A stretch of 64,000 nucleotides of DNA from Candidatus Bathyarchaeota archaeon (GTDB taxonomy: Archaea; Thermoproteota; Bathyarchaeia; 40CM-2-53-6). The stretch lies in the NCBI GenBank assembly GCA_963733055.1, contig CAVTBR010000001.1, positions 224,001 through 288,000 on the forward strand, in the 5' to 3' direction. A program made the translations under genes and the position numbers. The notes beneath the pieces are model-generated. The model did not search any database, was not told the origin of the DNA, and saw only the letters and a program-made list of their open reading frames with translations. Shown piece after piece: positions 36,561-45,339 of this stretch. Position 1 is the stretch's first letter. Each line of letters begins with the position of its first letter.

Positions 36561-37955
36561 GTGGATCCGAACGCGTTTTCTGAAGCTGACGTATCAGACC
36601 TGAAAGCGAATTTGCGCGGAGAAGTCGTTCTCCCTCAAGACGCAAGCTACGATCAAGTGAGGAAGATCTGGAACGGAATGATCGACAGACGCCCCCTAGC
36701 TATTGTAAGAGCGTTCGGCGCCAGCGACGTGATGAAGGCCGTCAAGTTTGCACGTCAACATCAACTCCCCTTGTCCGTGCGTGGCGGCGGGCACAACGTT
36801 GCCGGCAACGCTGTGTGCGACAATGGATTGATGATCGATCTGTCCCGGATGAGGAGCATAAGAGTCGAGCCGAAGAAGAGTCGGGTTCGAGTGGAGCCGG
36901 GGCTCACGTGGGGAGAATTCGACCGCGAGACTCAGACTTTCGGCCTCGCAACGACTGGGGGGTTAGTTTCCACAACCGGAGTCGCAGGGTTCACGCTCGG
37001 CGGTGGAGTAGGATGGCTCGTACGCAAATATGGCCTCGCAGCGGACAACTTAACCTCAGTGGACGTAGTGACCGCAGACGGCGAGCTTCTGACCGCAAGC
37101 ACAACTGGAAACTCTGATCTTTTCTGGGGAGTACGAGGCGGTGGCGGCAACTTTGGAGTTGTGACTTCTTTCGAATTGCAACTGCACCCTGTCGGTCCAA
37201 TTGTGTTAGGCGGGTTGCTTGCGCACCATGCTAGGGATGGACGCGAACTGTTGAGATTCTACAGAGAGTTCATCAAAGACACGCCAAACGAACTTACGAC
37301 GTTGGCGGTCTATCTTACAGCGCCCCCAGCTCCATTTCTCCCAACCGAGGTTCATGGCAAGCATTTGATGGCCATAGCCCTGTGTTATGCTGGGAAGATC
37401 GAGGAAGGAGAGAAACTGCTGGACCCGCTGAGGAAATTCGGTAAGCCCGTAGTCGACCATATCCAACCCATGCCCTATACTGTCCTCCAGTCGATGTTCG
37501 ACCAGTCGGCTCCACCAGGTGTTCAGAATTACTGGAAGTCTTCCTACATCAACGGCCTTACGGACACGGCGATCGACACGCTTCTGGAATGCGGCGCAAA
37601 GATAACGTCTCCTATGTCCGCCATTCACATCCACCAGCTAGGAGGAGCAATAACGTCGATTGCAGAAGACGCTACAGCCTTCAGTCACCGCAACGCGCCA
37701 TTCATAGTCAACCTTGTGTCGACGTGGCAGGACCCACGAGAGAACCAGAAGCATATCGCTTGGACGAGAAACTCCTTTGCCGCGATAGAGCCATTCGCAA
37801 TGGGAGCCTACGTGAACTTCATGGGCGAAGAGGGTGATGAGAGGGTGGTGGCGGCGTACGGAGAAAAGAAGTTCAAACAGCTTGCCTCACTCAAGAAGAA
37901 GTATGACCCGACCAACCTATTCCGTTTGAATCAGAACATCAAACCACTCAACTGA
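36561..37955 (+). CDS. FAD-binding oxidoreductase (berberine-bridge/VAO family)
   Basis: VRGGGHNVAG, TGVAGFTLGGG, WGVRGGGGNFG, KYDPTNLFRLNQNI. Confidence 0.93.
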   Translation: MDPNAFSEADVSDLKANLRGEVVLPQDASYDQVRKIWNGMIDRRPLAIVRAFGASDVMKAVKFARQHQLPLSVRGGGHNVAGNAVCDNGLMIDLSRMRSIRVEPKKSRVRVEPGLTWGEFDRETQTFGLATTGGLVSTTGVAGFTLGGGVGWLVRKYGLAADNLTSVDVVTADGELLTASTTGNSDLFWGVRGGGGNFGVVTSFELQLHPVGPIVLGGLLAHHARDGRELLRFYREFIKDTPNELTTLAVYLTAPPAPFLPTEVHGKHLMAIALCYAGKIEEGEKLLDPLRKFGKPVVDHIQPMPYTVLQSMFDQSAPPGVQNYWKSSYINGLTDTAIDTLLECGAKITSPMSAIHIHQLGGAITSIAEDATAFSHRNAPFIVNLVSTWQDPRENQKHIAWTRNSFAAIEPFAMGAYVNFMGEEGDERVVAAYGEKKFKQLASLKKKYDPTNLFRLNQNIKPLN

Positions 37956-37999
37956 CATCTGCTAGCATGAACCGGGACGAATAGGTATCCTCAGACAAT

Positions 38000-38710
38000 C
38001 TAGCCTGGCACGGGCGTAGGTGTCCCGGTCTGGTGGACATGTAATACTTTGAATCCAAATTGGACCGCTGGCCCAATCGCAATCGCGGCGATCAGGGTTC
38101 CCAGCCAGGCAGGTCCGCCCAAAAGCCAACCTACTGCAACAACTGTGATCTCTATGCATGTTCGGGCCACGCGCACGCTAATCTTCCCGACGCACGACAG
38201 GGCGAGCATTAGAGTGTCTCGGGGGCCCGCGCCCGCGTCTACTCCGATGTATATGGCGGTTGCAAACCCCATGGCCAATGTCCCAAGGAGTAGGTACAGC
38301 AATTGGACGGGAAGTAGGTGTGGGATTGATGGGACGTAGGGTTTCATGGCATCTACCCACAGGCCAATGAAGATCATGTTTGCGACAGTGCCCCACCCGA
38401 GCGGTTCTCTGAAAGCAATATCGACTAAAATGACTAGGAAAGCCACGACGATGCTTGACTCTCCGAGAGTGAGAGGCGCATGGTATGTTAGGGCCATTTG
38501 AAGAACGTCCCAAGAGTCAAGGCCTGTGCTTGCTTGAACTATGATGTCGATAGCTATGCCGAAGAGCAGGAAGCCTACCTGGATGACGAGGAAATCGCGA
38601 GCAAGTCTTCTCCAACCCTTCCATTGACCCCTAATGAATAGCGTGCTCAATGGCTCGTTCCCCAGTAAGACACTCGGTATGGGCGCCCTAATGGGGTCGC
38701 GTGATATCAA
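38000..38710 (-). CDS. YczE/YyaS/YitT-family membrane protein (start uncertain)
   Basis: GLDSWDVL, GWGTVAN, GAGPRDTLM, GTLI..GP. Confidence 0.8.
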   Translation of the reverse strand: MISRDPIRAPIPSVLLGNEPLSTLFIRGQWKGWRRLARDFLVIQVGFLLFGIAIDIIVQASTGLDSWDVLQMALTYHAPLTLGESSIVVAFLVILVDIAFREPLGWGTVANMIFIGLWVDAMKPYVPSIPHLLPVQLLYLLLGTLAMGFATAIYIGVDAGAGPRDTLMLALSCVGKISVRVARTCIEITVVAVGWLLGGPAWLGTLIAAIAIGPAVQFGFKVLHVHQTGTPTPVPG

Positions 38711-38728
38711 GCTGAGAAATTCAACGTT

Positions 38729-39223
38729 TTATGCGCGTACTTTGGGCAACCATTTGCCCGTTTGCCGCTCATACATTTTGTATCGGTCACCGAATTTGGT
38801 CTCTAACAGTCGTTCCTCGTATGTTGCTATGTGGTCGTAGAAAACGAAAATTCCAACTACCAAGCATAGTGAGACGAGTGAAGCGGTGGCTATCGATAGG
38901 GCGAGGTAGAATAGAACACTAGCTAGGTAGATGGGATGGCGTACATACCTGAAAGCTCCGGCCGTCATGACGTTAGTGGGCCGCTGTTCTTGGCTGACAA
39001 TAACGTGGGCCGACTTCAGTAGCAACAGGGCGGCTACAAAGATTGAGGCGAATGCAAGGATCCGAATGGATAGGGGCGTGTAGTTGGATGGGAATGTCGA
39101 TGCGTGCAGGATGAAGGAGTCGGTGACCCAAACGACGAGAAAAACTACGAGGGAGATCTTCTGTCCACTATGACTCAGTGGGTGTTCCCCCTCGTCGTTC
39201 GCGTGGGAGGTGTGGTCATGCAA
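38729..39223 (-). CDS. Isoprenylcysteine carboxylmethyltransferase/PEMT family protein
   Basis: TAGAFRYVRHPIY, EERLLETKFGDRY. Confidence 0.88.
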   Translation of the reverse strand: MHDHTSHANDEGEHPLSHSGQKISLVVFLVVWVTDSFILHASTFPSNYTPLSIRILAFASIFVAALLLLKSAHVIVSQEQRPTNVMTAGAFRYVRHPIYLASVLFYLALSIATASLVSLCLVVGIFVFYDHIATYEERLLETKFGDRYKMYERQTGKWLPKVRA

Positions 39224-39352
39224 GGTTGGCGATCCTCGACAATTTTGATTTTGAGTTACTCAGTGCTTCAAGAAAGCGCTCGCAAGCTGGGCAGATGAAT
39301 GTGCCCTCGAACCCAGCCGCCAAGCTAAGTTGATCGAGGCCCTTGTGTGCGG

Positions 39353-39949
39353 TTAATCTTGATCCGCTCCTTTCTGCAGCTTTTTCGTGATCTCTCGGAT
39401 TTGTTTCGCCACTTCATCCAGATCTCTCTTAGTTGAGTCGAGTAGTTTTTTCGAATGTTGCTTTCTCAGTTCGTGGTGCAGGCCCCTTGTAGCTTTGAAT
39501 AGTTCTCTGGGGGTTCTGCCTGTTTCTCCGGCGTATTCTCGGTGGTGGCCGTACCAGGCTCCTCCGAAGTGTTCGAGGTGTTTGTTGATTTCTTCTCTGG
39601 ATTTTGTCTCGGTTTCCAGGAACGTTTTACCTTCTTCGGTCAAAGTATAGCGTCTAATGCCGGGTTCTTCCTGTTCCGCCTCCTTGATGTACTTCTGATC
39701 CTGCAGCCACGATAGCAGGGGGTAGATGGATCCTGGGCTTGGTTTCCAGTAACCTTCGGTTTCACTTTCCAGTTCGGTCATGATTTCGGAACCCGACATG
39801 GGTTTCTGGCTGACTTTTTTCAGGAGTTCGTATCGGAGGAATCCCTTCGGCACCATAGCCGAGTGTTGCATCCACCGCCTCCTCCATGGCCCGTGCCTGT
39901 GGTGCATCCTTCCCCCGGTTGGGGTTTCCGTTTCGTATTCTTCATCCAT
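39353..39949 (-). CDS. PadR-family regulator
   Basis: PKGFLRY..PMSGSEI..WKPSPGSIYPLL..RYTLTEEG. Confidence 0.92.
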   Translation of the reverse strand: MDEEYETETPTGGRMHHRHGPWRRRWMQHSAMVPKGFLRYELLKKVSQKPMSGSEIMTELESETEGYWKPSPGSIYPLLSWLQDQKYIKEAEQEEPGIRRYTLTEEGKTFLETETKSREEINKHLEHFGGAWYGHHREYAGETGRTPRELFKATRGLHHELRKQHSKKLLDSTKRDLDEVAKQIREITKKLQKGADQD

Positions 39950-39963
39950 TCCTTATCGCCTAC

Positions 39964-39981
39964 GATATCGTTAACGATATC
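39964..39981. promoter_or_regulatory. Perfect 18-bp palindrome, probable PadR operator
   Basis: GATATCGTTAACGATATC, 14 bp upstream of the padR start. Confidence 0.6.
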
Positions 39982-40188
39982 ACTTACGATACATAAACAT
40001 TACCACCCCAACCCAAAACATGAACAAGCAAACCACCCCGGCCCGCCCGCGCCATAGAAAACTACGCCCCCCAAGGGGTCACCGGCGGAAAAAGTCACAC
40101 ACAACCAACCCTAATCCAAAGAACATCCTCACTCCGAACCTTCACGCAAGCTCTATTTGGAAGCGGAAACTTGCGTTGCTAGAACACA

Positions 40189-41106
40189 ATGAAACGAAAC
40201 CATCCCCCGCTGACTCTCAGGGCACTTTCCTTTGAGGCCGGAGCCCTAGCCATCATCGCCGTCATCATCCTCGCAGCCGCATTCTCCCTCGCATATCGCC
40301 CACTCGCCCCGAACATTTCACAAGCAACCACAACATCCCAGCCGAACACCGAACCCAGCCAACTCCCAGCCATGAACCAACAACCAACCAGCCGTGAGGT
40401 ATGGGTTCAGTGGACGAAAGGCCAGTCAGGGCAAGACAGGTTCAGCGGGAACTACATAATCGTCAACCAAGGGGACACGGTAAAGCTCACTTTCACCAAC
40501 AACGACACGGTGATCCACAACTTCGTCATAGGGGCACCCTACAACATAGAAGTGAACGCTTCAGTTCCAGGCTTATACAACGACCTAACCGGCGCGAAAG
40601 TTACAGGTCCAGCAACCAACAACTCGCCTGGAGTAGCGGTGACCGGTAGCCCCGGGAGCGTTACCGCGCGCTATACCTTCATAGCCCAATACGCAGGAAT
40701 ATACGAGTTCGTCTGCACCTACCACGTCACAATCGGAATGTTTGGCTACCTAGTCGTACTACCCAACGCTGCCTACCAATCAACAAACACAACTCTATCG
40801 ACAACACCCACAAGCCCCGCAACCTCTCAAGTGAGCATCCTCCCAGGCGCAGCCTACCCCAACTCAACCGGGTTCTCACCGCCCACCATAACCGTCGTCG
40901 TTGGGGTGAACAACACGGTACGATGGACGAACAACGACACCGCACCACACACTGTCACCGCCTCCGACCATAGCTTCGACTCAGGCAACCTCAACCCTGG
41001 TGACACTTGGACCTACACGTTCAACACACCGGGCACGTACACTTACGTCTGCACTTATCATCCGTGGATGAAAGGCACAGTAATTGTCGTATCCCCAACA
41101 ACCTAA
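40189..41106 (+). CDS. Membrane-anchored protein with two cupredoxin domains
   Basis: HNF..CTYHVTIGM and PHTV..CTYHPWM type-1 Cu ligand sets; N-terminal TM helix. Confidence 0.88.
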   Translation: MKRNHPPLTLRALSFEAGALAIIAVIILAAAFSLAYRPLAPNISQATTTSQPNTEPSQLPAMNQQPTSREVWVQWTKGQSGQDRFSGNYIIVNQGDTVKLTFTNNDTVIHNFVIGAPYNIEVNASVPGLYNDLTGAKVTGPATNNSPGVAVTGSPGSVTARYTFIAQYAGIYEFVCTYHVTIGMFGYLVVLPNAAYQSTNTTLSTTPTSPATSQVSILPGAAYPNSTGFSPPTITVVVGVNNTVRWTNNDTAPHTVTASDHSFDSGNLNPGDTWTYTFNTPGTYTYVCTYHPWMKGTVIVVSPTT

Positions 41107-41124
41107 CAACATAGAAGAATCCGA

Positions 41125-42195
41125 CTAATCGGCCTTCAGTCTATCGCGCAATTCCAACTCATCAAACCGCCTATACTTCCAAATCAACACCGAGATTCCC
41201 CAAGACCCAAGGAAGATCAGTATGATCACGAACCCGACTGTTTCGAAGTCAAGTCCGTTAAGCCCGCTCCAAAATCCACCGGTTAAACGTAGTTCGCTGG
41301 ATAAGACCTGGAGCAACTCAACTGTTCCAATCGCAAGGGCAACTAGAACGGAGATCACGGTTACCGTTAAGTTGTAGTATATTTTGCGGATAGGATTGAG
41401 GAACGCCCACCCGTACGCGGCACGCATCGTCACGCCGTCCGTTGTATCTATGAGTACCATCCCACAGGTGAACATGAACGGTAGCACAAGAATCATCCAG
41501 ATTGGTACGGATGAGGATACGCCGATTCCGACGCTGATCGCGATCAATGCTACTTCGGTAGCAGTATCGAAGCCTAACCCAAACAGGACCCCGATTGGAT
41601 AAATCTGCCAGGGCCGATTGACGATTCTGAAGAGCGGCCGGAAATAGCGGTTTAGAAAACCGCGCTTATCGAGAAGCGCTTCGAGTTCGACCCCACTGAC
41701 CTTGCCCTTCTTCATCTCTACGAAGAAGCGATAAATATTCAGCACAATGACAACGTTCACGAGTCCCATTAGGATTAGGAATGTTCCCGATACCGTCGTC
41801 CCGATAATTGCTCCACCACTCTCCAGTGCCGGAATTTGTCCAATAACCGTTCGAGTCGCGATGATCAACGCGACGATGAGGGCAACCACAACTGTGGAGT
41901 GCCCAAGCGAGAACCACAACCCTACGGTGAACGGCCGTTGCTTATCCTGCATCAGTTTTCTAGTCGTATTATCGATCGCCGCAATGTGATCGACATCAAC
42001 CCCATGCCGCAACCCAAACACGTATGCGATTACGCCGAGGCCGGCGAGTAGCACCGAAAGCCGACCAACGATTGCGGAGGCCAGAAAACCCAGTATCGTC
42101 GCGAGAATTATGAGCGCATATACTGTGGCGATCTTTGCCTTCTCGCTACCTGAAAGTCCAACTGCCAACTCGATGCCTCCGCTGATCTTACCCAC
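41125..42195 (-). CDS. HoxN/HupN/NixA nickel-cobalt transporter (NiCoT)
   Basis: GLRHGVDVDHIAAIDN, FSLGHSTVV, LFGLGFDTATE. Confidence 0.95.
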   Translation of the reverse strand: MGKISGGIELAVGLSGSEKAKIATVYALIILATILGFLASAIVGRLSVLLAGLGVIAYVFGLRHGVDVDHIAAIDNTTRKLMQDKQRPFTVGLWFSLGHSTVVVALIVALIIATRTVIGQIPALESGGAIIGTTVSGTFLILMGLVNVVIVLNIYRFFVEMKKGKVSGVELEALLDKRGFLNRYFRPLFRIVNRPWQIYPIGVLFGLGFDTATEVALIAISVGIGVSSSVPIWMILVLPFMFTCGMVLIDTTDGVTMRAAYGWAFLNPIRKIYYNLTVTVISVLVALAIGTVELLQVLSSELRLTGGFWSGLNGLDFETVGFVIILIFLGSWGISVLIWKYRRFDELELRDRLKAD

Positions 42196-42395
42196 CGTCG
42201 GGTAACCTTAGACGGACTTTTTTGGACTATGGAGTAATAAGAAGCGTTCACCCGGAAATCCGATTCAGGAAAATGAGTACAGCCAACATGGTTATTTCTT
42301 GCAAATCGAATTTCCACTTGCCCAAGAGCACTTCTACTTTGTAGAGACGATTTTAACATCACTTACGCGAATCTTTGTTCGACTAGTGCTTGAGT

Positions 42396-43025
42396 ATGAG
42401 CCAGCCTATCGAAGCGGATCAATCTTCGCCGAGGAGTCGAATGGGTACGCTCATGGTAGTACTCGGGCTAATTGTGATAGCGGTTCTAAGTTTGGGCTTC
42501 GTGGCCTATGCTTCATTGAATCCCCACACCCTAATGATCACACAGCAACAATTCCTGACGAACACCCAGAACCAGTACGTCACTCAAACGGTCACTAGCG
42601 TAAGCACGGTGACGAATCTCGCAACAGTAACCACGGCCGCGAATGGCTTGTATACTGTGAATAATGGAGCTGGGTATATTGGCTCTGGATCCTATAACTG
42701 CGGGAATTACGGGTGCACCCCTCCTAGTCTTGGCGCGTATGGCAATTTATGCAGCTCATCGAGCGGAAATGGTACGGTTCAATGTTCAGGCATACTCTCT
42801 GAGCCTTCAGATGGATGCGTCGAACTCGCGATTCCATACACCAACCCCGATCTTCTGGACTCCACCGCCTATCAATGGTACACACTTAGAAATGCCCCGT
42901 CCACACTTCCGTCCCCTGGCACATGGGTCACGGTGACTGGTCAACTGTCTCAGGGCTACACCCAAGGCACAAACGGAGCCGCGTGTCCAGGAACCTACAT
43001 CAACGTGAACTCAATATCCCACTGA
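42396..43025 (+). CDS. Membrane-anchored Cys/Thr-rich hypothetical protein
   Basis: One N-terminal TM helix, Thr-rich linker, six Cys. Confidence 0.65.
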   Translation: MSQPIEADQSSPRSRMGTLMVVLGLIVIAVLSLGFVAYASLNPHTLMITQQQFLTNTQNQYVTQTVTSVSTVTNLATVTTAANGLYTVNNGAGYIGSGSYNCGNYGCTPPSLGAYGNLCSSSSGNGTVQCSGILSEPSDGCVELAIPYTNPDLLDSTAYQWYTLRNAPSTLPSPGTWVTVTGQLSQGYTQGTNGAACPGTYINVNSISH

Positions 43026-43066
43026 ACGCGAAAGTAGGTCGCTCTATCCCGGGATCATACAACGCA

Positions 43067-43525
43067 TCAATACTTGCGTGATTGTTTAAGGAGAACAGCG
43101 CACAGGACGATTAGTAGGATCTGGCCGAGTAGGACTTGAACCGTGCCAAGGGGAAACCAACCCCAAGACCAAGGTATGATTCTCCCCAAGAAGATGTTGA
43201 TCATCGTTCTAGTGTAAATCAATAGCACGTTATCCACAACAGCAAGTATAATCAAACCAACATTTGCCAACTTGAAGAGCTTACCAGAACCGACGAATAG
43301 GCCTCCCAGAATGTACACGACCGTTGCGATGAGGAAATAGGCGCCTATCGCGGAGAATGGGAAGACCGGATGAAAGATAACCTGGCTTGTAGGCGGAGGC
43401 GGCGGTGGCCGGCCACCCGATGGTCTGAAAAGGAAGGAGAGGCCTAGCGAGAGCGTAACATGCCCATACGCCATAAGGAACGAATCCAAGGCAACAATAA
43501 TCCGCAGAGACTTCGAAGCGGTCAT
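43067..43525 (-). CDS. Small multi-TM hypothetical protein (paralog 2)
   Basis: Highly similar to 43616-43993, with a Pro-rich insert. Confidence 0.75.
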   Translation of the reverse strand: MTASKSLRIIVALDSFLMAYGHVTLSLGLSFLFRPSGGRPPPPPPTSQVIFHPVFPFSAIGAYFLIATVVYILGGLFVGSGKLFKLANVGLIILAVVDNVLLIYTRTMINIFLGRIIPWSWGWFPLGTVQVLLGQILLIVLCAVLLKQSRKY

Positions 43526-43615
43526 TCGATATCGCCTTGGACCTTATGAACGCACTCGACAGTCCTTACCGTGTATCAACTGCACCTTAGGAGCAACGTA
43601 GGCCACCGTCTTGAT

Positions 43616-43993
43616 CTACTTTTTGCGGAGCAGGGCCGCGCAGAGGACTATGATGATAATCTGACCGATGAAGATTTGAACCGTACCGAGCGGGTACCAA
43701 CCCGTAGACCAGGATAAGATTCTTCCGAAGAAGACGTTGGGCATCGTTCGCGTGTAGATCAGAAGCAAGTTATCGATTAGGGCAAGAAATATCAAACCTG
43801 CGTTCGCTAACTTGAAGAGTTTACCCGATGCAACAAAAACTCCTCCGAGGACGTACACGATCGTCGCAATGAGAAAGTATAGCGGTATCTCGGCGAATGA
43901 AGCGGAAATATGCATAGCGATCGGCGCATGGCCGAGCGCCATTAGAAACGCGTCCAACGCAACAATAACCCGAAGAAGTCTGGAAGCAGCCAC
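43616..43993 (-). CDS. Small multi-TM hypothetical protein (paralog 1)
   Basis: Shares YFLIAT.VY.LGG, SGKLFKLAN, LIYTRTM and PLGTVQ with its neighbour. Confidence 0.75.
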   Translation of the reverse strand: MAASRLLRVIVALDAFLMALGHAPIAMHISASFAEIPLYFLIATIVYVLGGVFVASGKLFKLANAGLIFLALIDNLLLIYTRTMPNVFFGRILSWSTGWYPLGTVQIFIGQIIIIVLCAALLRKK

Positions 43994-44063
43994 TCAACAC
44001 ACCGACTACAACACGTAGTTAAACTTCGAATTAATAAGACCTTCGCGTTTCTCAGGGGTTCAA

Positions 44064-44378
44064 TTACTCTCGTACGTTTCCTTCCTCGAACAATGCGATT
44101 CGATAGGGGAATATTTCACCCTTGAAGACGTTGTTCATCACCGCTGGATCTTCAATAAGGATCCGATGGGCCGCTTCTGCCGACTCCGAATTGAAGATAA
44201 CGATTCCGAAACTGCTGGTGTCGGTATTTAGGGTTCTTCCAGCGAGAATGACGATTCCCTCATCCACCAACCTCTTCAAGTATGAGAAGTGTTGGGCAAT
44301 TATCTCCTTCTCGTCCGCAGTTGGCCCTATCGTAAGTACCTCTGGGCGCACGGGTTGAATTTTGTAAAGAAACTGCAC
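44064..44378 (-). CDS. YciI family protein
   Basis: HFSYLKRL..ILAGRT..EDPAV. Confidence 0.85.
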   Translation of the reverse strand: MQFLYKIQPVRPEVLTIGPTADEKEIIAQHFSYLKRLVDEGIVILAGRTLNTDTSSFGIVIFNSESAEAAHRILIEDPAVMNNVFKGEIFPYRIALFEEGNVRE

Positions 44379-44382
44379 TTAC

Positions 44383-44961
44383 CTACCCACCCTCTGATCT
44401 GGGCTCATATTCCATTAGTTCCATCACCTGGGTTCTGACCTTCTCACCAAAGAAGTCGCGCACGATTGCGAGAGCCAAGTCTATGCCCGCGCTAATCCCT
44501 GCCGATGTACTCACTCGTTCCTCCCTTGTGTATCTGACCCCCGGCAAGACTTGGATGTTTGGGTATTCCCGAAGTGACTCAATCGCTGAATGATGCGTCG
44601 TCGCTCGATGGCCTGCGAGGATTCCGGCCTCGGCGAGAATGAGAGCTCCTGTACACACACTGACGATCTGAGCATTGGAACTCTGTTGGCGAAGAAATGA
44701 GATGGTTTCGGAATCGTCCTTAACCTCACGGGCGCCCCTACCGCCTGGCACTATGAGCAAATCGAGCGCCGGACAATCACCGAAGCTGCAGTTGGGCTGT
44801 ACCTGCAGTCCATACCTGCACCGAACCTGCCGGCCTTGCCGCGAGACCGTCACTATCTCGATTTGTTCTGTAAGCCCTGCAGCGGCGCCGAATACCTCCA
44901 AGGGACCAGCAAAATCTAATTCCTCGACATCATCGAACAGCAGTATCCCTACTCGCATCAT
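44383..44961 (-). CDS. DJ-1/PfpI family protein
   Basis: EELDFAGPLEVF, IVPGG, SVCTG, SAGISAGID. Confidence 0.92.
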   Translation of the reverse strand: MMRVGILLFDDVEELDFAGPLEVFGAAAGLTEQIEIVTVSRQGRQVRCRYGLQVQPNCSFGDCPALDLLIVPGGRGAREVKDDSETISFLRQQSSNAQIVSVCTGALILAEAGILAGHRATTHHSAIESLREYPNIQVLPGVRYTREERVSTSAGISAGIDLALAIVRDFFGEKVRTQVMELMEYEPRSEGG

Positions 44962-45339
44962 CTTGGACACTAACATTGTCAACAAATCGTCGGGCGACAT
45001 AACAAACTTTCTAGCGTCCAGGAACGGCAAAAAAAGCCTTGGAAATTAATGGAGAGATTCAGAAAGTCTCGAACCTATTGCCGTCAAATGCCGGCGATTT
45101 CAACATCAAAATGATCCGACCTGAACGCATATCCCAAATTTTCCTCCAATAAGAGAATAGGTTTACCGTCAGATCACGGTCATCGCCTAATACGGCTATT
45201 CGGAAACGGGCACAGACAAAAAGGCTTCCACAAACGTCCCGTGAAAAACTTGTGGATAACAATCGCGAAACCACTTTCGAAAATTTTGTGGAAATGATTA
45301 AACGAAAAGTTCACGATTCGACTTGACTGTGACTAGGAA

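Noticed and set aside
45251-45259. Perfect DnaA box (TGTGGATAA)
   Set aside because: Archaeal context, single exact copy, no origin features
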